The notes: generated from the sequence alone by a model not told the origin. Shown: positions 24,433-62,579, counted from the stretch's first letter. The stretch: 64,000 bases of DNA from the human T2T-CHM13v2.0 reference genome, Homo sapiens (GCF_009914755.1 NC_060938.1), one strand, 5' to 3'. A program made the numbers and translations.

Positions 24433-27400
24433 AGGCAGCCATGACTATAGGACAAAGCCGAGTAAGCTGAGGGGCCTCCTGGGGAAGGCTACAGCCCTGG
24501 ACTAAAGACATGGGTTTGTTGGGTTCTTGGTTCTGCTAACTCTGATTCTCCATGTGTCTCCCAGGGTCTAGACTGGGTTCTCCTTGAAGGCTGCTCCTGA
24601 GCCTAGGCGTTTTTGTAGCTAAACCATTATCATCTACCAATCAGAAAGTGGTAGCACTGTTCTGGGGGCCTCCATCTGTGCCAGGTGTTCAACCTTTAGT
24701 TGCTGGATCATAGGGAAGTATGGTAAGGTGGTGTCCCAAGGCTGAAGGAAGCATCTACTTACCAGCAGGAGCAGAAGTATTTCAACATTTTGATGTTCGG
24801 TGCCTTAGCTTCATGTACAGTGAGTGCCGATGAGCTTCAGTAGACCCTGCTGAGTCCTGTGGATTCAGCACTATTTCAGGAGCTGAGGTCTGGAGCAGCT
24901 AAGCTGGTTGGCACCTTTGTGACCATCCAGGTCAATGTTCCCCCCAATCCCCGCCCACCCAAACCCACCCACTTCTACAATTGAAGAGGGAGGAGCAGAG
25001 AGAGGGCTCAAGATCCAGAGCTGGTCATTGGCAGGGCCAAGACTTCAAGGCAGCAGGTGGAGACTTGCATATCTTCCTGAGAAGGGGCGGGGAAGACATA
25101 TTCTCACTTTCTGTAAGCCCCAAGAGCCTTTCCAAGCCAAGATTGGGAAGTGTATTCCACCACATCTTCCCTGCCCTTTCCTAGCAGGTGCTTCTCTCTT
25201 TCCTCAGGGCCACAGGGACAGGAATCCCAGGAAGCTCTCTTCAACTGCCAGGTCAGGCCTAGGCAGGTGAAGACGTGCTGGGAGGGGACCTTGATGTCAT
25301 GTGCCATGCAGACTTTCCTTTGTTCCTGCCTCCAGCCTTCTCCCCATTGCCACCCCCCTATCCTCACACCCCCAAGGGTTCCCTGGAAGCTGAAGTGACT
25401 CAGGGATTCCAAAACTAGTCACCTCAGGAGGAAACCCCACTGGAAAATGTTTCTCATGACAGGGAGTCACCCTAAGGAGTCCCACAAAGCTGCTACTGAG
25501 ATAAGGACAGAGGGTGAGCAAGTGGGGTGGGGTGGGGGCATGTGGCTCAGAGCACAGGTTCTCAGGTCAGTCCTGGTCATCATGGGGGTGGGAAAAGCCA
25601 ACCCTTCCTGGAGGGTTTCTCCCTCTGTCCTAGAGGGACACCCCAAAGGACTCTTCTGAAGGGCAACGTTCCTGGTGACCTAGGCTGGGTCCTCCCTGCA
25701 GCGTCAGCAAGTGAAACAGGTAGTTGGGATCACTTCTGGCTCCTTTGAACACCCCCTCCTGGGCAAGGGTCAAGATAGGAGATCTGAGCCAACTCCATTT
25801 CTACTACCTTCTTAGCCCTGAGGTTCTGATTGGTGAGAGCGAGACCCATAGGTATCCAGCTCTTCTGAAACGGCACTGCCTCCTAAGATCCTGTTCTGGG
25901 ATTGAGGTTTTCCCAGGAGCACGGGAAGCCACCTTGAGGCCATGTCTGCCAGACAAAAGGCTAGGAAAGGGAGCTAGTGCAGTGAATCCGAACAGCAGGG
26001 CTGGATACCTAAGTGGGCAGACACACCCTGTGGCCCTCAGCAGGTGCAGTTGAAACTTGTCCCAACCCAAGCCCAGGTGAGCAGGAAAGCATTCACTGTG
26101 GGGCTCCCCTTCCATTCACAGCCAACTAGGGGTAGGCACGGTGTGGCACTTCCATGCCAGGAGGTTACATGTGGAATTGGTCAGAGCTGGAATGGGAAAC
26201 CAGCTCAGCCTCTTTCTTTGTGATCTTGGGTAAGTTACTAAATTTCCTTGGGCCTCAGTTTCCTCATCTGTAACATGGGGATAATAGTTTCCATGTCATG
26301 GTTTCATTGTCGGGATAAAATGAGATGATGCATGCCCAGGGCTTAGCACCATGCCTGGCACATGTAAGTGCACAGGAGCTGAGGCCAGCAGGATATGGAA
26401 GGGAGAGGACGTCTGCGAGTACTGGGGGCAGAGGGTGAGGCAGTGAGAGTGGGGCCATGATACTGGCCTCATCACTGTTCCTGAGTGCCCCTGCTTTCCC
26501 AGCCACCACCTGCTTCTTCTAAGTGCCCTCCATCCCACAGTTCCAGGTGCCCCAAGACTCATCAGAGCAGAGCAGTTTCTCCCAATTTTCCAGATTGCCC
26601 TTTGACTTCATCACTTCTCTCTTTTGGGGCTGCTTTGCCCTAACGCATTGGAAAGATTCCTCTCACTGCAGTTTAAGTTATTCCTGGTTCCCTTTGTTGA
26701 TTTCCTAGTCCTTGGTTACTAGAGGAGTATTTTCTAAGGGAAAGCACATGCAAATCAAGCCACATCATTCTAGGGGCAATGTCTGTGTATGGGTATGTTG
26801 GGTGCGTATGGGGGATGAGGCAGGCCAATAGGCAAGCATGAAGAGAAGGACCTGGGGGGAAGGACACACTGGCCCACTCTCAGCACAGTGTCTCCCAAGC
26901 AGGCTGGACCCGGCTGACCTGTGTCTTTGGGGTCAAGCCCAACTGTAAGCCTTTCTGGGGCACACATACACCCTCCTGGCTAACAGTGGCCCATGTTTCT
27001 GGACCTGCTGAGGCTGAGTGGGCTCACTTCATGGCCTGAAAGCAGTAGCTGACCCTGTCATGGGCTTGGTCCCCAAGGCTCTGTGAATGAGAGCAGGTTG
27101 GTTCCTGGAACTGAGACCTCCTTCCTGTTGGGTCTTAGGTGAGGCTGTTTCAGTTTCCCTCCTCTTCCTTGCTTCACCTTCTCATTTGTGCAATGGGGAC
27201 ACTCACCCACAGCTTCTTCCATCAGACCTTGCCCATCCAGCCAACAAACTTAGGAAGTCAGGGTCTTCCAGCAGCCCTGTGAGGGTAGGCTTGTATCCCC
27301 GGTGGGGGGCAGTGACTGGCGAGGGCAAGGGGGAGTTAGGGAGTGGGTCATGGACAATGGGGGAGAAGTCATAGCTGATGGGGGTCATAGAATTTTGGGG

Positions 27401-27982
27401 TCATTGAAAATGTGGAAGAGGTCAGAGAACAAAGGGGATGGGAGTCAAAGGATGTCTAAGGGAAAGGAAATAATCACGAAGGTGGATGATCAGAGGGACA
27501 CCTGGGAAGAGGGGAATGGTGAAACCAGACCCTGGATGGGGGGAGCAGGGATCATGGAAACGAGGCCTCTTGAAGGGAGGCCACAAGACATTTCCTAATT
27601 TTGGCTACCAAACCAACCAGGGAAATCCCGCTAATGCCAGTTCACAAGAATGCAGAACAGCAGACTGTTATTGCTTTGACCCCATGGCCAGAAAAATTCA
27701 AAGAGCAAAGTTTACCCAATCAGCTACCAGGCATATAATGATGGTCATCACAACTTCCATGAGTATTGCATTTTAAGCAGCCTTTGGAAATACTTTCAGA
27801 GTTTTTTTGGTTTTGTTTTTTAACCTCAAGTCACTCCCTAAAAAGACAGTGGAAATAAATTTGAATAAACAAAACAGGCTTGCTGAAAATAAAATCAGGA
27901 CTCCTAACCTGCTCCAGTCAGCCTGCTTCCACGAGGCCTGTCAGTCAGTGCCCCACTTGTGACTGAGTGTGCAGTGCCCAGC

Positions 27983-30896
27983 ATGTACCAGGTCAGTGCA
28001 GAGGGCTGCCTGAGGGCTGTGCTGAGAGGGAGAGGAGCAGAGATGCTGCTGAGGGTGGAGGGAGGCCAAGCTGCCAGGTTTGGGGCTGGGGGCCAAGTGG
28101 AGTGAGAAACTGGGATCCCAGGGGGAGGGTGCAGATGAGGGAGCGACCCAGATTAGGTGAGGACAGTTCTCTCATTAGCCTTTTCCTACAGGTGGTTGCA
28201 TTCTTGGCAATGGTCATGGGAACCCACACCTACAGCCACTGGCCCAGCTGCTGCCCCAGCAAAGGGCAGGACACCTCTGAGGAGCTGCTGAGGTGGAGCA
28301 CTGTGCCTGTGCCTCCCCTAGAGCCTGCTAGGCCCAACCGCCACCCAGAGTCCTGTAGGGCCAGTGAAGATGGACCCCTCAACAGCAGGGCCATCTCCCC
28401 CTGGAGATATGAGTGAGTCTGCTGCCCCTCCCGAATGCCTGCCCTGTGTGTGCTGGCCAGGGTATGCGTGAGGGACCAGGGCAATTCCAGCTTACTTTCC
28501 CATTTTGATCTCAGAGGGGCTGTAAAGGTTTGGGAGTTAGACAAGGTCTGTATTTGAGTCCTAGCTCTGACTCTCATTGGATGATCTTGAGTCAATTCAA
28601 GTTTTCAAAACTCAGGGTTTTTTTTTTTTTCACCTGCAAAATGATATAATGCCCCATAGGCTAATGTGCAGATCAAATGAAATATAATGTATGTAAAAGT
28701 CTGTATTTATGTTGGTTCTCTCCTTTTCTTTTAAAACATCCCTATAATGGCCCATGTTTTTTCTGGGTAAAATATTAGGGAATAATGGCATGATACAGGC
28801 ATGAAGCATCCCAATACCAATTGATACTGCCCTGGCCATGAATGGGTTAGTTATAAGCATACTAAAGGAGTGAAACCCTTAACTTTTGGGGGCAGCTGGC
28901 TGGCTGGAGCTGTGGACTGGATATCTTTGATCATGATCATGGGTACTGTATTCTTTCACTCAGTGTGCCACATAAATATTATAGTTCTCTATTTGTGCCA
29001 TGATATGAAAAATATTAGGAAGTGCTGAAATATGAATGATGAAGCAAAATATTAAAAACTAGGGTCTTAGGGATTCCAGACATGTGATTTCACTTCTTCC
29101 TTCTAGTTCTGTCTTAGCATTGGCTTTGGGGGTAGATGGAGAAGTTCAGTGGTGGGGAGGGGGTCAGATCTAACTGAGATTGGATCTAGTGTGGACACTA
29201 CAGGTCATGACTCTTTGGAGTGGTCTCAGAAGCTGGCTGGGTCCTGGGCCAAATCAGATGGCATGGGAGCTTCTTAGGGGAGGCGGGTGCCAGAGGTTAA
29301 CTCAGCTGTCTTCCAGACCCCTTGCTGGGAGTCTGTGAACCCGAGAACCACTCAGGTGGCTTTCCCCAAAGTGTGTTCTGTGCAATGCTCATCCCATGAG
29401 CTGCTTCTCAGAAAAAAGTGATGCCAGGTAAACTTGGGAAAGACTGCTGTATCTCCTACCCCTTGGAGATTCATACTGTCATTGTACATTAAAGTCTGCA
29501 AGAAGTCTGTAGAAAGTAAACCGTTAAACTGGTGTTTCCCAAATTCATTTAAGCACCCAACAGGTGCAGGTGATTTATTAGGGAACCCACTTTGGGAAGT
29601 GATGTGCTAGCTAATTCCATTTGCCAGGGCTTGTCTGTGTGGGGAATGGTCCCACAAGCTGGAGACTGTCGCCTGCCAGACTAATGGAGTCGCAGACCTG
29701 TGGGACATCTACTTTTCAGTGTTTTTCATCTTTCTTTCTTTCTTTCTTTTTTTTTTTTTGCCATGAAATCCTTTCAGAATAAGTAAATAAGTCTTCCCAT
29801 GCACTCTCAAGTATGCTTATAATATAAGCTTGCACAGCGTCTGGAAGAATGTGCAGGAAATAGTTGAGGATAGCTTCTTCTGGGGAGTGGGGCTGGTAGG
29901 GAGAGACTATTAACTTTCACTCTTTATACTCTTTAATACTTGGATGTCAGAGTGGTTTTTACTTTTGCAATAATGCTATAATAATAATAGAAACACCACC
30001 TAAAGTCCGGCCCGGTGGCTCATGCCTGTAATCCCAGCACTTTGGGAGGTCGAGGTGGGTGGATTACCTAAGGTCAGGAGTTCAAGACCAGCCTGGCCAA
30101 CCATGGCCAACATCATGAAACCCCATCTCTACTAAAAATATGAAAATTAGCTGGGTATGGTGGCGGGCATCAGGAGAATCGCTTGAACCCAGGAGGTAGA
30201 GGTTGCAGTTGAGCCAAGATCGTGCCACTGCACTCCAGCTTGGGTACTCCGTCTCAAAAAAACAAAAACAAAAAATCAAAAAACAAACAAAAACACCTAA
30301 AGTGTAATCATTACAATAAGAAACCTCATGCTGAGTCAGATAGAAGCAGTGCTGGTCAATGGAGGCTAAGGCAGGAGCCTGCTCACCCTCCCCTGCCTCC
30401 CTCACGGTCCCAGGACCAGTTGGAAAGCACTCTGTCACCTGCTACCCTCATTTACAGTGGGGAAAATTTAATAAAGGAGGGAGGTGACTTGTTCAAAGTT
30501 ACACAGCAAGTGGGTTCAGAACTGAGACAAGAGGCCAAGGCCCCAGACGGACCATTTCCTTCTTCTGGCACTCCCATGCCACCCCACCCTCTCTGTTTCC
30601 GGCCCATCTTTCCAAGGCCTGACAAGTGCCGCCCCCACAGGTTGGACAGAGACTTGAACCGGCTCCCCCAGGACCTGTACCACGCCCGTTGCCTGTGCCC
30701 GCACTGCGTCAGCCTACAGACAGGCTCCCACATGGACCCCCGGGGCAACTCGGAGCTGCTCTACCACAACCAGACTGTCTTCTACCGGCGGCCATGCCAT
30801 GGCGAGAAGGGCACCCACAAGGGCTACTGCCTGGAGCGCAGGCTGTACCGTGTTTCCTTAGCTTGTGTGTGTGTGCGGCCCCGTGTGATGGGCTAG
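27983..30896 (+). CDS. IL25: Interleukin-25 (IL-17E)
   Basis: Spliced form: 27983-27991 (MYQ) + 28192-28412 + 30641-30896 = 486 nt = 161 aa. Intron-retaining form: AUG 28135-28412 + 30641-30896 = 534 nt = 177 aa (MRERPRLG...). Has a signal peptide, RAISPW, and IL-17 cystine-knot CLCPHC...ACVCV. Confidence 0.97.
30004..30295 (+). mobile_element. Alu with internal deletion, IL25 intron
   Basis: ccggtggctcatgcctgtaatcccagc...; right arm shortened; CA/A-rich tail. Confidence 0.85.
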
Positions 30897-31395
30897 CCGG
30901 ACCTGCTGGAGGCTGGTCCCTTTTTGGGAAACCTGGAGCCAGGTGTACAACCACTTGCCATGAAGGGCCAGGATGCCCAGATGCTTGGCCCCTGTGAAGT
31001 GCTGTCTGGAGCAGCAGGATCCCGGGACAGGATGGGGGGCTTTGGGGAAAGCCTGCACTTCTGCACATTTTGAAAAGAGCAGCTGCTGCTTAGGGCCGCC
31101 GGAAGCTGGTGTCCTGTCATTTTCTCTCAGGAAAGGTTTTCAAAGTTCTGCCCATTTCTGGAGGCCACCACTCCTGTCTCTTCCTCTTTTCCCATCCCCT
31201 GCTACCCTGGCCCAGCACAGGCACTTTCTAGATATTTCCCCCTTGCTGGAGAAGAAAGAGCCCCTGGTTTTATTTGTTTGTTTACTCATCACTCAGTGAG
31301 CATCTACTTTGGGTGCATTCTAGTGTAGTTACTAGTCTTTTGACATGGATGATTCTGAGGAGGAAGCTGTTATTGAATGTATAGAGATTTATCCA

Positions 31396-31401
31396 AATAA
31401 A
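31396..31401 (+). terminator. IL25: IL25 polyadenylation signal
   Basis: AATAAA 500 nt after the TAG stop. Confidence 0.8.
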
Positions 31402-32267
31402 TATCTTTATTTAAAAATGGCCTAATCTGTATTTGGCATCCGTGGTGCCTGAACATCTCGCGGTCTCCCAGCCTGTCCCTTCTCCTTTCCACCATTGGCC
31501 CTCACCTCTGTCCACCCTGCCAGCTCTCTCCGCCCTCCAGAGTTTCCGCTGCACCCTCCCGTCCTCTCCCATCTCTGTCTCCCTGGCCCATCCCAAACAC
31601 CAGGGTGGGGGCTAGGCCGCGCTCCCGGCATGCTGGAGAGACAGAGGCCCATTGAGGCATTGCAGCAGGCACAGAGCGCCCCCTTGTCCCCCAACAATCC
31701 GCCTTTGTCCTCCAGTCCTGGCTGCTGCAGCTTGGTCCTGGGGGTGCTGCCTGGGCTGGGCTCCAGCTCACACCCTCCCTAAAAGGAAATGGGAGAAAGG
31801 ACCGGCCAAACAAGAGGGTTAAGGTTAGAGAAGGGGGACACAAATGTCTTCAGGCTTAGGTCCCTGGGGGCTCCCAGTCCTGCCCCTGTTCCTCTACTCA
31901 CATCCCAGCTCCTCCCAGTTTCTTTTCGGACCTCCTCCTCTCCCCTTCCTTCTCTATTCCAGGCTGGGTTGGGCTCTAAGCAAGGGGAGGGATTAGAGCC
32001 TCCTTCCTCTCTGCCCCTCCCCATGGGTCTCTAGGGGGCTGGTGCAGGCAGCAGCAGAGGCACTCTGGGCAGCTGGGTGAGGGCCCATCTGGGCAAGGCC
32101 CCCAGCGCCTGCCTTCTCTCCCGGGGCCCTGTGGGCAAGCCTCCTGCTTCACTTTCAGGTTTCTCGAAGTGCCTTCTTGCTCCTGTCTGTTTCCCCATCC
32201 TGCCAGATTTCTGTTTCTCTTGCTGGGCTTTTGGCAGTAGGGGGCTGTGTTGGTGGGCCCTACGAAG

Positions 32268-34503
32268 ATGCTCAGTGCTCGAGATCGCCGGGACCGGCAC
32301 CCTGAGGAGGGGGTAGTTGCAGAGCTCCAGGGCTTCGCGGTGGACAAGGCCTTCCTCACCTCCCACAAGGGCATCCTGCTGGAAACCGAGCTGGTAACAG
32401 CTGCCTCCCAACCTGGTGCCTCCATCTCCCTGACCCCCGGCTCCTGGCCAGCCTTATGCCAGCCCCCAGCTCACCCTTCAGTAGCCTCCTTCCCCAAGCC
32501 CTCTGGACACCTCTCCTGCCCGCAGCTGCCCCTTCTTCGTCTCCTACTCTGCCTTCTTGCTGCCTCTCCACCCGGAGACATTTACAGCAGGTTTCAGTTG
32601 CAGCAGGAAGGACTGCAGTTAGACAGGGTGACTTTTTGGGACATTGAGGAAGCTTGAGACATAGGGATGGGACAGGGGCAATGACAGCCTCTAACATGGC
32701 CACTTCTCAGCACGTCCAAGAAGTCTAACTATCAAAAAGGGCAGACTTCCTGCAACTGCACTTTATCTGTGGTCTGCTGCCCAGAAACATCTCTTCTCAG
32801 GAAAGGATCTTCCCCTGGTTACTTAGCAAGACCACAGTGTAGAGTTAAGGCCTCTGCACGTATGCCACCCTAGGTCATCAGAGCTAAAGGGGCTCCCAGA
32901 AACCACTGGGCAGCATCTGCCTTCTCTCTTGGCATGGAATCAAAGGCTCTGGTCCTTGTCAGGGGGCTTTCAGGCATCTGGGGGTGGGGAAAGCATTATG
33001 AGGCAGGGGGCTCCTCTTGGTCCCTGTGGAGTCGGGTCTCTGTGGGCACAACTCCAGGGGCTGGCATTCACACTGTACCTATGAATTACTGTGGGATAGT
33101 GCTCCTGGGAGCCATATGGCTTGGCCAGACTGCTGGGGTTGCTGGGTGAGCAGAGTGGGAGGCCGGAGACTGCCCTTGACCGGCAAATGCCCTGCAACGG
33201 TGGCTCCTGACACCAGGGGATAGGGAGATGTGCCAGAGTCCTTCCTCCCCTCCAAGGACAGGTAGTAGGTGCCAGCCTAGGGGAGCTTCCAAGGAGGGGA
33301 AGGCAAAGCCCTGGCCCCTGCCTGTGTCCCCTTCTTGGCATGTTCCACATGCTCGGTCCTGCAGGCCCTGACCCTCATCATCTTCATCTGCTTCACGGCC
33401 TCCATCTCTGCCTACATGGCCGCGGCGCTACTGGAGTTCTTCATCACACTTGCCTTCCTCTTCCTCTATGCCACCCAGTACTACCAGCGCTTCGACCGAA
33501 TTAACTGGCCCTGTCTGGTGAGGAACCCTGACCCCTAGCCCAGTTTGGGGCCCTTCCCTCTCCTCTAAATGATGCATTTTCCTTTCCTCCCCGAGCTTCT
33601 TTCCATTTCCACACCACAGCTGGGCTTTGTCCCATGCTATGCCCTGCACTCAAAGGTGTGCTTTGACTCACACTGATTTCACAGCTGCAGGGCCACGGGC
33701 AATCAGGAGGACCACATCCGCTAGATCTACTCTCCCACTCAGCAAAGGTCCAGCCCCAGCCCTGGCCTGGCTTGACCCCCCCGGGCTGGCATACTCCAGC
33801 CGCTGTCCCCTGGGTTCCAGCCCCAGCGCCTGGCTTCTGGTCCTGGTTGCTCTGGTTCATCTGCTTCCACTCCCTGGGTAGCAGTGTGAGCGCTCTGTCT
33901 CTTGAATGTGCTTCATATTGTGTGAGGGGTATCCTATGGAGGGGTTCAGAATCCCTCAGGGTCGGGCTGCTGGCTAGCCTGGAAAACTTCAGGGTAACGC
34001 CCCCTGCCTTCTGAGGTCCTGTTAACCCTGCACCCCTGGCCCCCAGGACTTCCTGCGCTGTGTCAGTGCCATCATCATCTTCCTGGTGGTCTCCTTTGCA
34101 GCTGTGACCTCCCGGGACGGAGCTGCCATTGCTGCTTTTGTGAGTTCAGCCCTGCAGGACTCCTTAGCCCCTCAAGAGCTCAGGCTGGTGCTTGCACACT
34201 TTCTGTATCAGAAGCCACAGCCAGGACTTGGGGTTCTGGCTTGCACCTCACCCTATACCTTAACCCAATGGCCCTATAGCCTCTGTTTTGCCATCCCCAC
34301 TCCCACTCCCACAGGTTTTTGGCATCATCCTGGTTTCCATCTTTGCCTATGATGCCTTCAAGATCTACCGGACTGAGATGGCACCCGGGGCCAGCCAGGG
34401 TGAGTGCCTGTGCTCTGTGGAGAGGAGATGCCCTCCCCACCCTAGCTACCCATCCTGATGTGGGTCCCTACCTGGCTCTATCCTCACAGGGGACCAGCAG
34501 TGA
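32268..34503 (+). CDS. CMTM5: CKLF-like MARVEL transmembrane domain-containing protein 5
   Basis: Exons 32268-32393, 33365-33517, cassette 33685-33885, 34047-34139, 34315-34399, 34490-34503. Sum 672 nt = 223 aa, or 156 aa without the cassette. Starts MLSARDRRD; MARVEL signature KGILLETEL...INWPCLDFLR; four TM segments. Confidence 0.95.
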
Positions 34504-34768
34504 CTCTGGGGCTACCTGGCTCCTAGGCCCAGCCAGCCAGAGAGGACAGTGGAGCCCAGACACGTCTCCTTGGGATTCACTAGCCCCCAGCCCGCCAAAC
34601 CCCACCCCAGCCCTACACAGCAGTCTGGCCTGAGACGTCACTGGGGACTTATCTGTGGAGCCTGGTGCTCCAGGATGTGGCTTCTCATGAAGCTCTGGCC
34701 AGAGGAGGGGAACTTATTGGGGGAGGGGGGGTGGAGGGGAGGAATCTGGACCTCTAAGTCATTCCCAA

Positions 34769-34774
34769 ATTAAA
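34769..34774 (+). terminator. CMTM5: CMTM5 polyadenylation signal (ATTAAA)
   Basis: ATTAAA about 265 nt after TGA, followed by GT/T-rich sequence. Confidence 0.65.
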
Positions 34775-37015
34775 ATATTCAAATTCTACTGGTGAGTCTC
34801 TTTCTTCCCCAGAAATTAGGCAGGTCAGGAATGTCAAGGAGTATTCATGGGAATGTTGCCAGAGCAGGTCGTGGTCTGTCTCTGGGACTGGGTCTGAGCA
34901 GTGAGGATGTGGGGGCTAGCCAGAAGAAGCTGAAGACATCCTCCAACACAAAACTTCTACGCTACACCTCTGTGTGCACGGCCACTTTGTGGTGTGCCTG
35001 GTGGCTGGGCATCTGGAGTTCTGTGTCTGAGAAGGCACAGCCTTCCTCATGGGAGCATGCATGCACCACCACACCTGTTCCCGCAGGTTAGTGGGCTGGA
35101 GGCCAGGCGCTCGCCTGGGGCGTGTGCAGAGCTCCCCCTTGTGGTGTGGGGAAGACTTGGCCCACAGGACGCAGGGAGAGGGCAGCCTGAGGTATCAGAG
35201 GAGGGAGAGATTTCCCAAAATGCGAATGCTGGGAGAGCCGTTGATTATCAGCTGGTCCAATGCCCTCATTTCACATAAGAGAAAACAGGCCCAGCCAGGG
35301 GAGGTGAACTCATTTGTGACAGAGCTAGGGCCAGAACGCAGCTCTTCTGACACCTAAGCGAGTGTTCTGGATACTGTACTGAGCCTCCTTGTAGCTCAGA
35401 AAAGAATGGCCAACTCTTCCCTCCACTGCGGGTCCACCCTCCCAGCTTGCCAGCTCCTCAGCACACATTTCCTGAGCATCTCCCATGCACACTGTGCTGG
35501 GTGCCAGGGCCTCAGAGGTGACGGGGGGCCTGCCCTTTAGCACTCACAGGCTGGGAAAGAGACAAGCTGGTCAAGAGCTCCCCACAGTGAATGCTATGGG
35601 AAGGCTCAGGGGAGTTTGGAGCAGACACTGCCACAGCCCGGGAGTCAGCCCTGCTGGGCCGAGACAGACAGATGTGCAGCCAGACGTTCCTGCCCAGCCC
35701 GAGGAGCCCAGCATGGCCTGGCTCAGCAGCTCCATCCCAGCTGACGTGCTATCTCCTGTCGCTGATGTGTGTGTGTTCCCGCCCTGAGATACAATCCTTC
35801 TTCTGGAGCGCTCCTTCCAGCTGCAGGCCCCAGCTCCCAAGTCCTGCCCGAACCCTGGATCTTGAACTCTGGTCAGAGCGCTCTGCTTCCTTGGTGGCAG
35901 CCACTCCTCTCTCTTGGTCTTTTTCCTGCCTCCTGCTTCCTGTTCTCCTATCCTTGTGTCCTGGCTCACCATCAGAACTGGCAGCCTCTCCTGGGCTAGA
36001 ACCAACAGGATTTTGTGTTTCTCTGGTCACTGCTCACATTTCTCAGGGCTTTATGCACAGTCCATTCTCATGGTCTCAGAGGAGGGATAGAAGAGGCTCC
36101 ACTTGGGGAGTCAGGGAGATGGGGTGCCAGGTGAACGGTTAAGGAGGCGGTCAGCAGAGCCTGGCTGCAAAGCCCAGTGGGGAGTGGGGATTTGCTTTGT
36201 GCAGAACGGGGTCAGGACCGGGCCTGTCCCACAAGCAGCTGTGTGATCCAGGCCAGACTGTCCCCAGTAGGAGCTTAGAGAGAGCAGAAATGTGACCACA
36301 GTGTTTCCCTGTACAGGCACCTGTGCCATCTGTGTCTGTGTGAGAACCAACATGAAATGAGCAATGCCCAGGCTTGGTCCTCATGGCATATTGGTTTGGG
36401 CTCAGTGTTGATTGGCCCCAGAGTCTCAAGATGCCCTCACGGTGAGGTGCTGAATCATAGGAGGCAGGGGGAGACCCCTGGGGAAGACAGGGAGGGGGCT
36501 CCCTGGGAGTTACTTCCTAGGGGCTGACTAGAATGGAATCTCTCCCATCTCCTTTCCCATACCTTAATTCTCAGCCAGCTCTGAGCCTTTTCTGGCATTG
36601 GTGGAAAATTCATTTCAGAAAGAATGGGTGTCCTAGGACACCTTTAATCATTGCAGCCTCAGGGGTGGGGTAGGTGGAGAGTGGCTTCAACTTCGGCACC
36701 AAAATTCTATCTCGTAGCATCTTGGACTGGCTCACCATTTTGATGCCATTGTTTTCTTCACTTTTGAAATTTCTCCCTCTCCACCCTTGTGTGGTTGACT
36801 GAGCAGAACTGGGACTCACAGCTGTCCACGTCAGGCAGAACACCTCACTCCTCTGCACCTCGGTCTCCTTCCTTGTGGATATGGGATGCCTTGGCTCTGG
36901 CAGCTCTGATACAGGGGCTGGGGGCCTCCCTCCTCTCAGGCCCCCTACTGCCCTGATCCAGGATGGACAGCTGGCAGGAAGGACAGATGGGCTCAGGCAG
37001 AGTTTGGCACTCATA

Positions 37016-37021
37016 TTTATT
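37016..37021 (-). terminator. MYH6: MYH6 polyadenylation signal
   Basis: tttatt 35 nt downstream of the TGA at 37058-37056. Confidence 0.85.
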
Positions 37022-37055
37022 ACAGGTTGGCAAGAGTGAGGTTCCCGAGGCAGTG

Positions 37056-62245
<25,190 letters not shown>

Positions 62246-62579
62246 TCAGAGACAGGAGGGCTATGTTACTCCTGAGGGAGCCCAGGCTCCAGCGAGTGGC
62301 TTTGTCCTCTGCAGCCCCCCTCCCTACCCCCGCTCCTCTCCTCCACCCTGGGAGAGGCACCTGCTGTTGCACCCTCCCCTACTCAGGGCTCTGCTTCTCC
62401 TGCCCTCTGAGGTGATGCTGAAGGACAATCTCTGTAAGGGGTTTCCCTGGGGTGGCATTGGCTGGAGTATGCTAAGGGTTGGCGCTGAGTGCTTGGGACA
62501 GCAGACCCCTGGTCCAGCAATCCGGCTCCCAGGAGAAGCATGCCCCAGTCTCTGCAGAGAAAATGGGGGCAGTTCTCAC

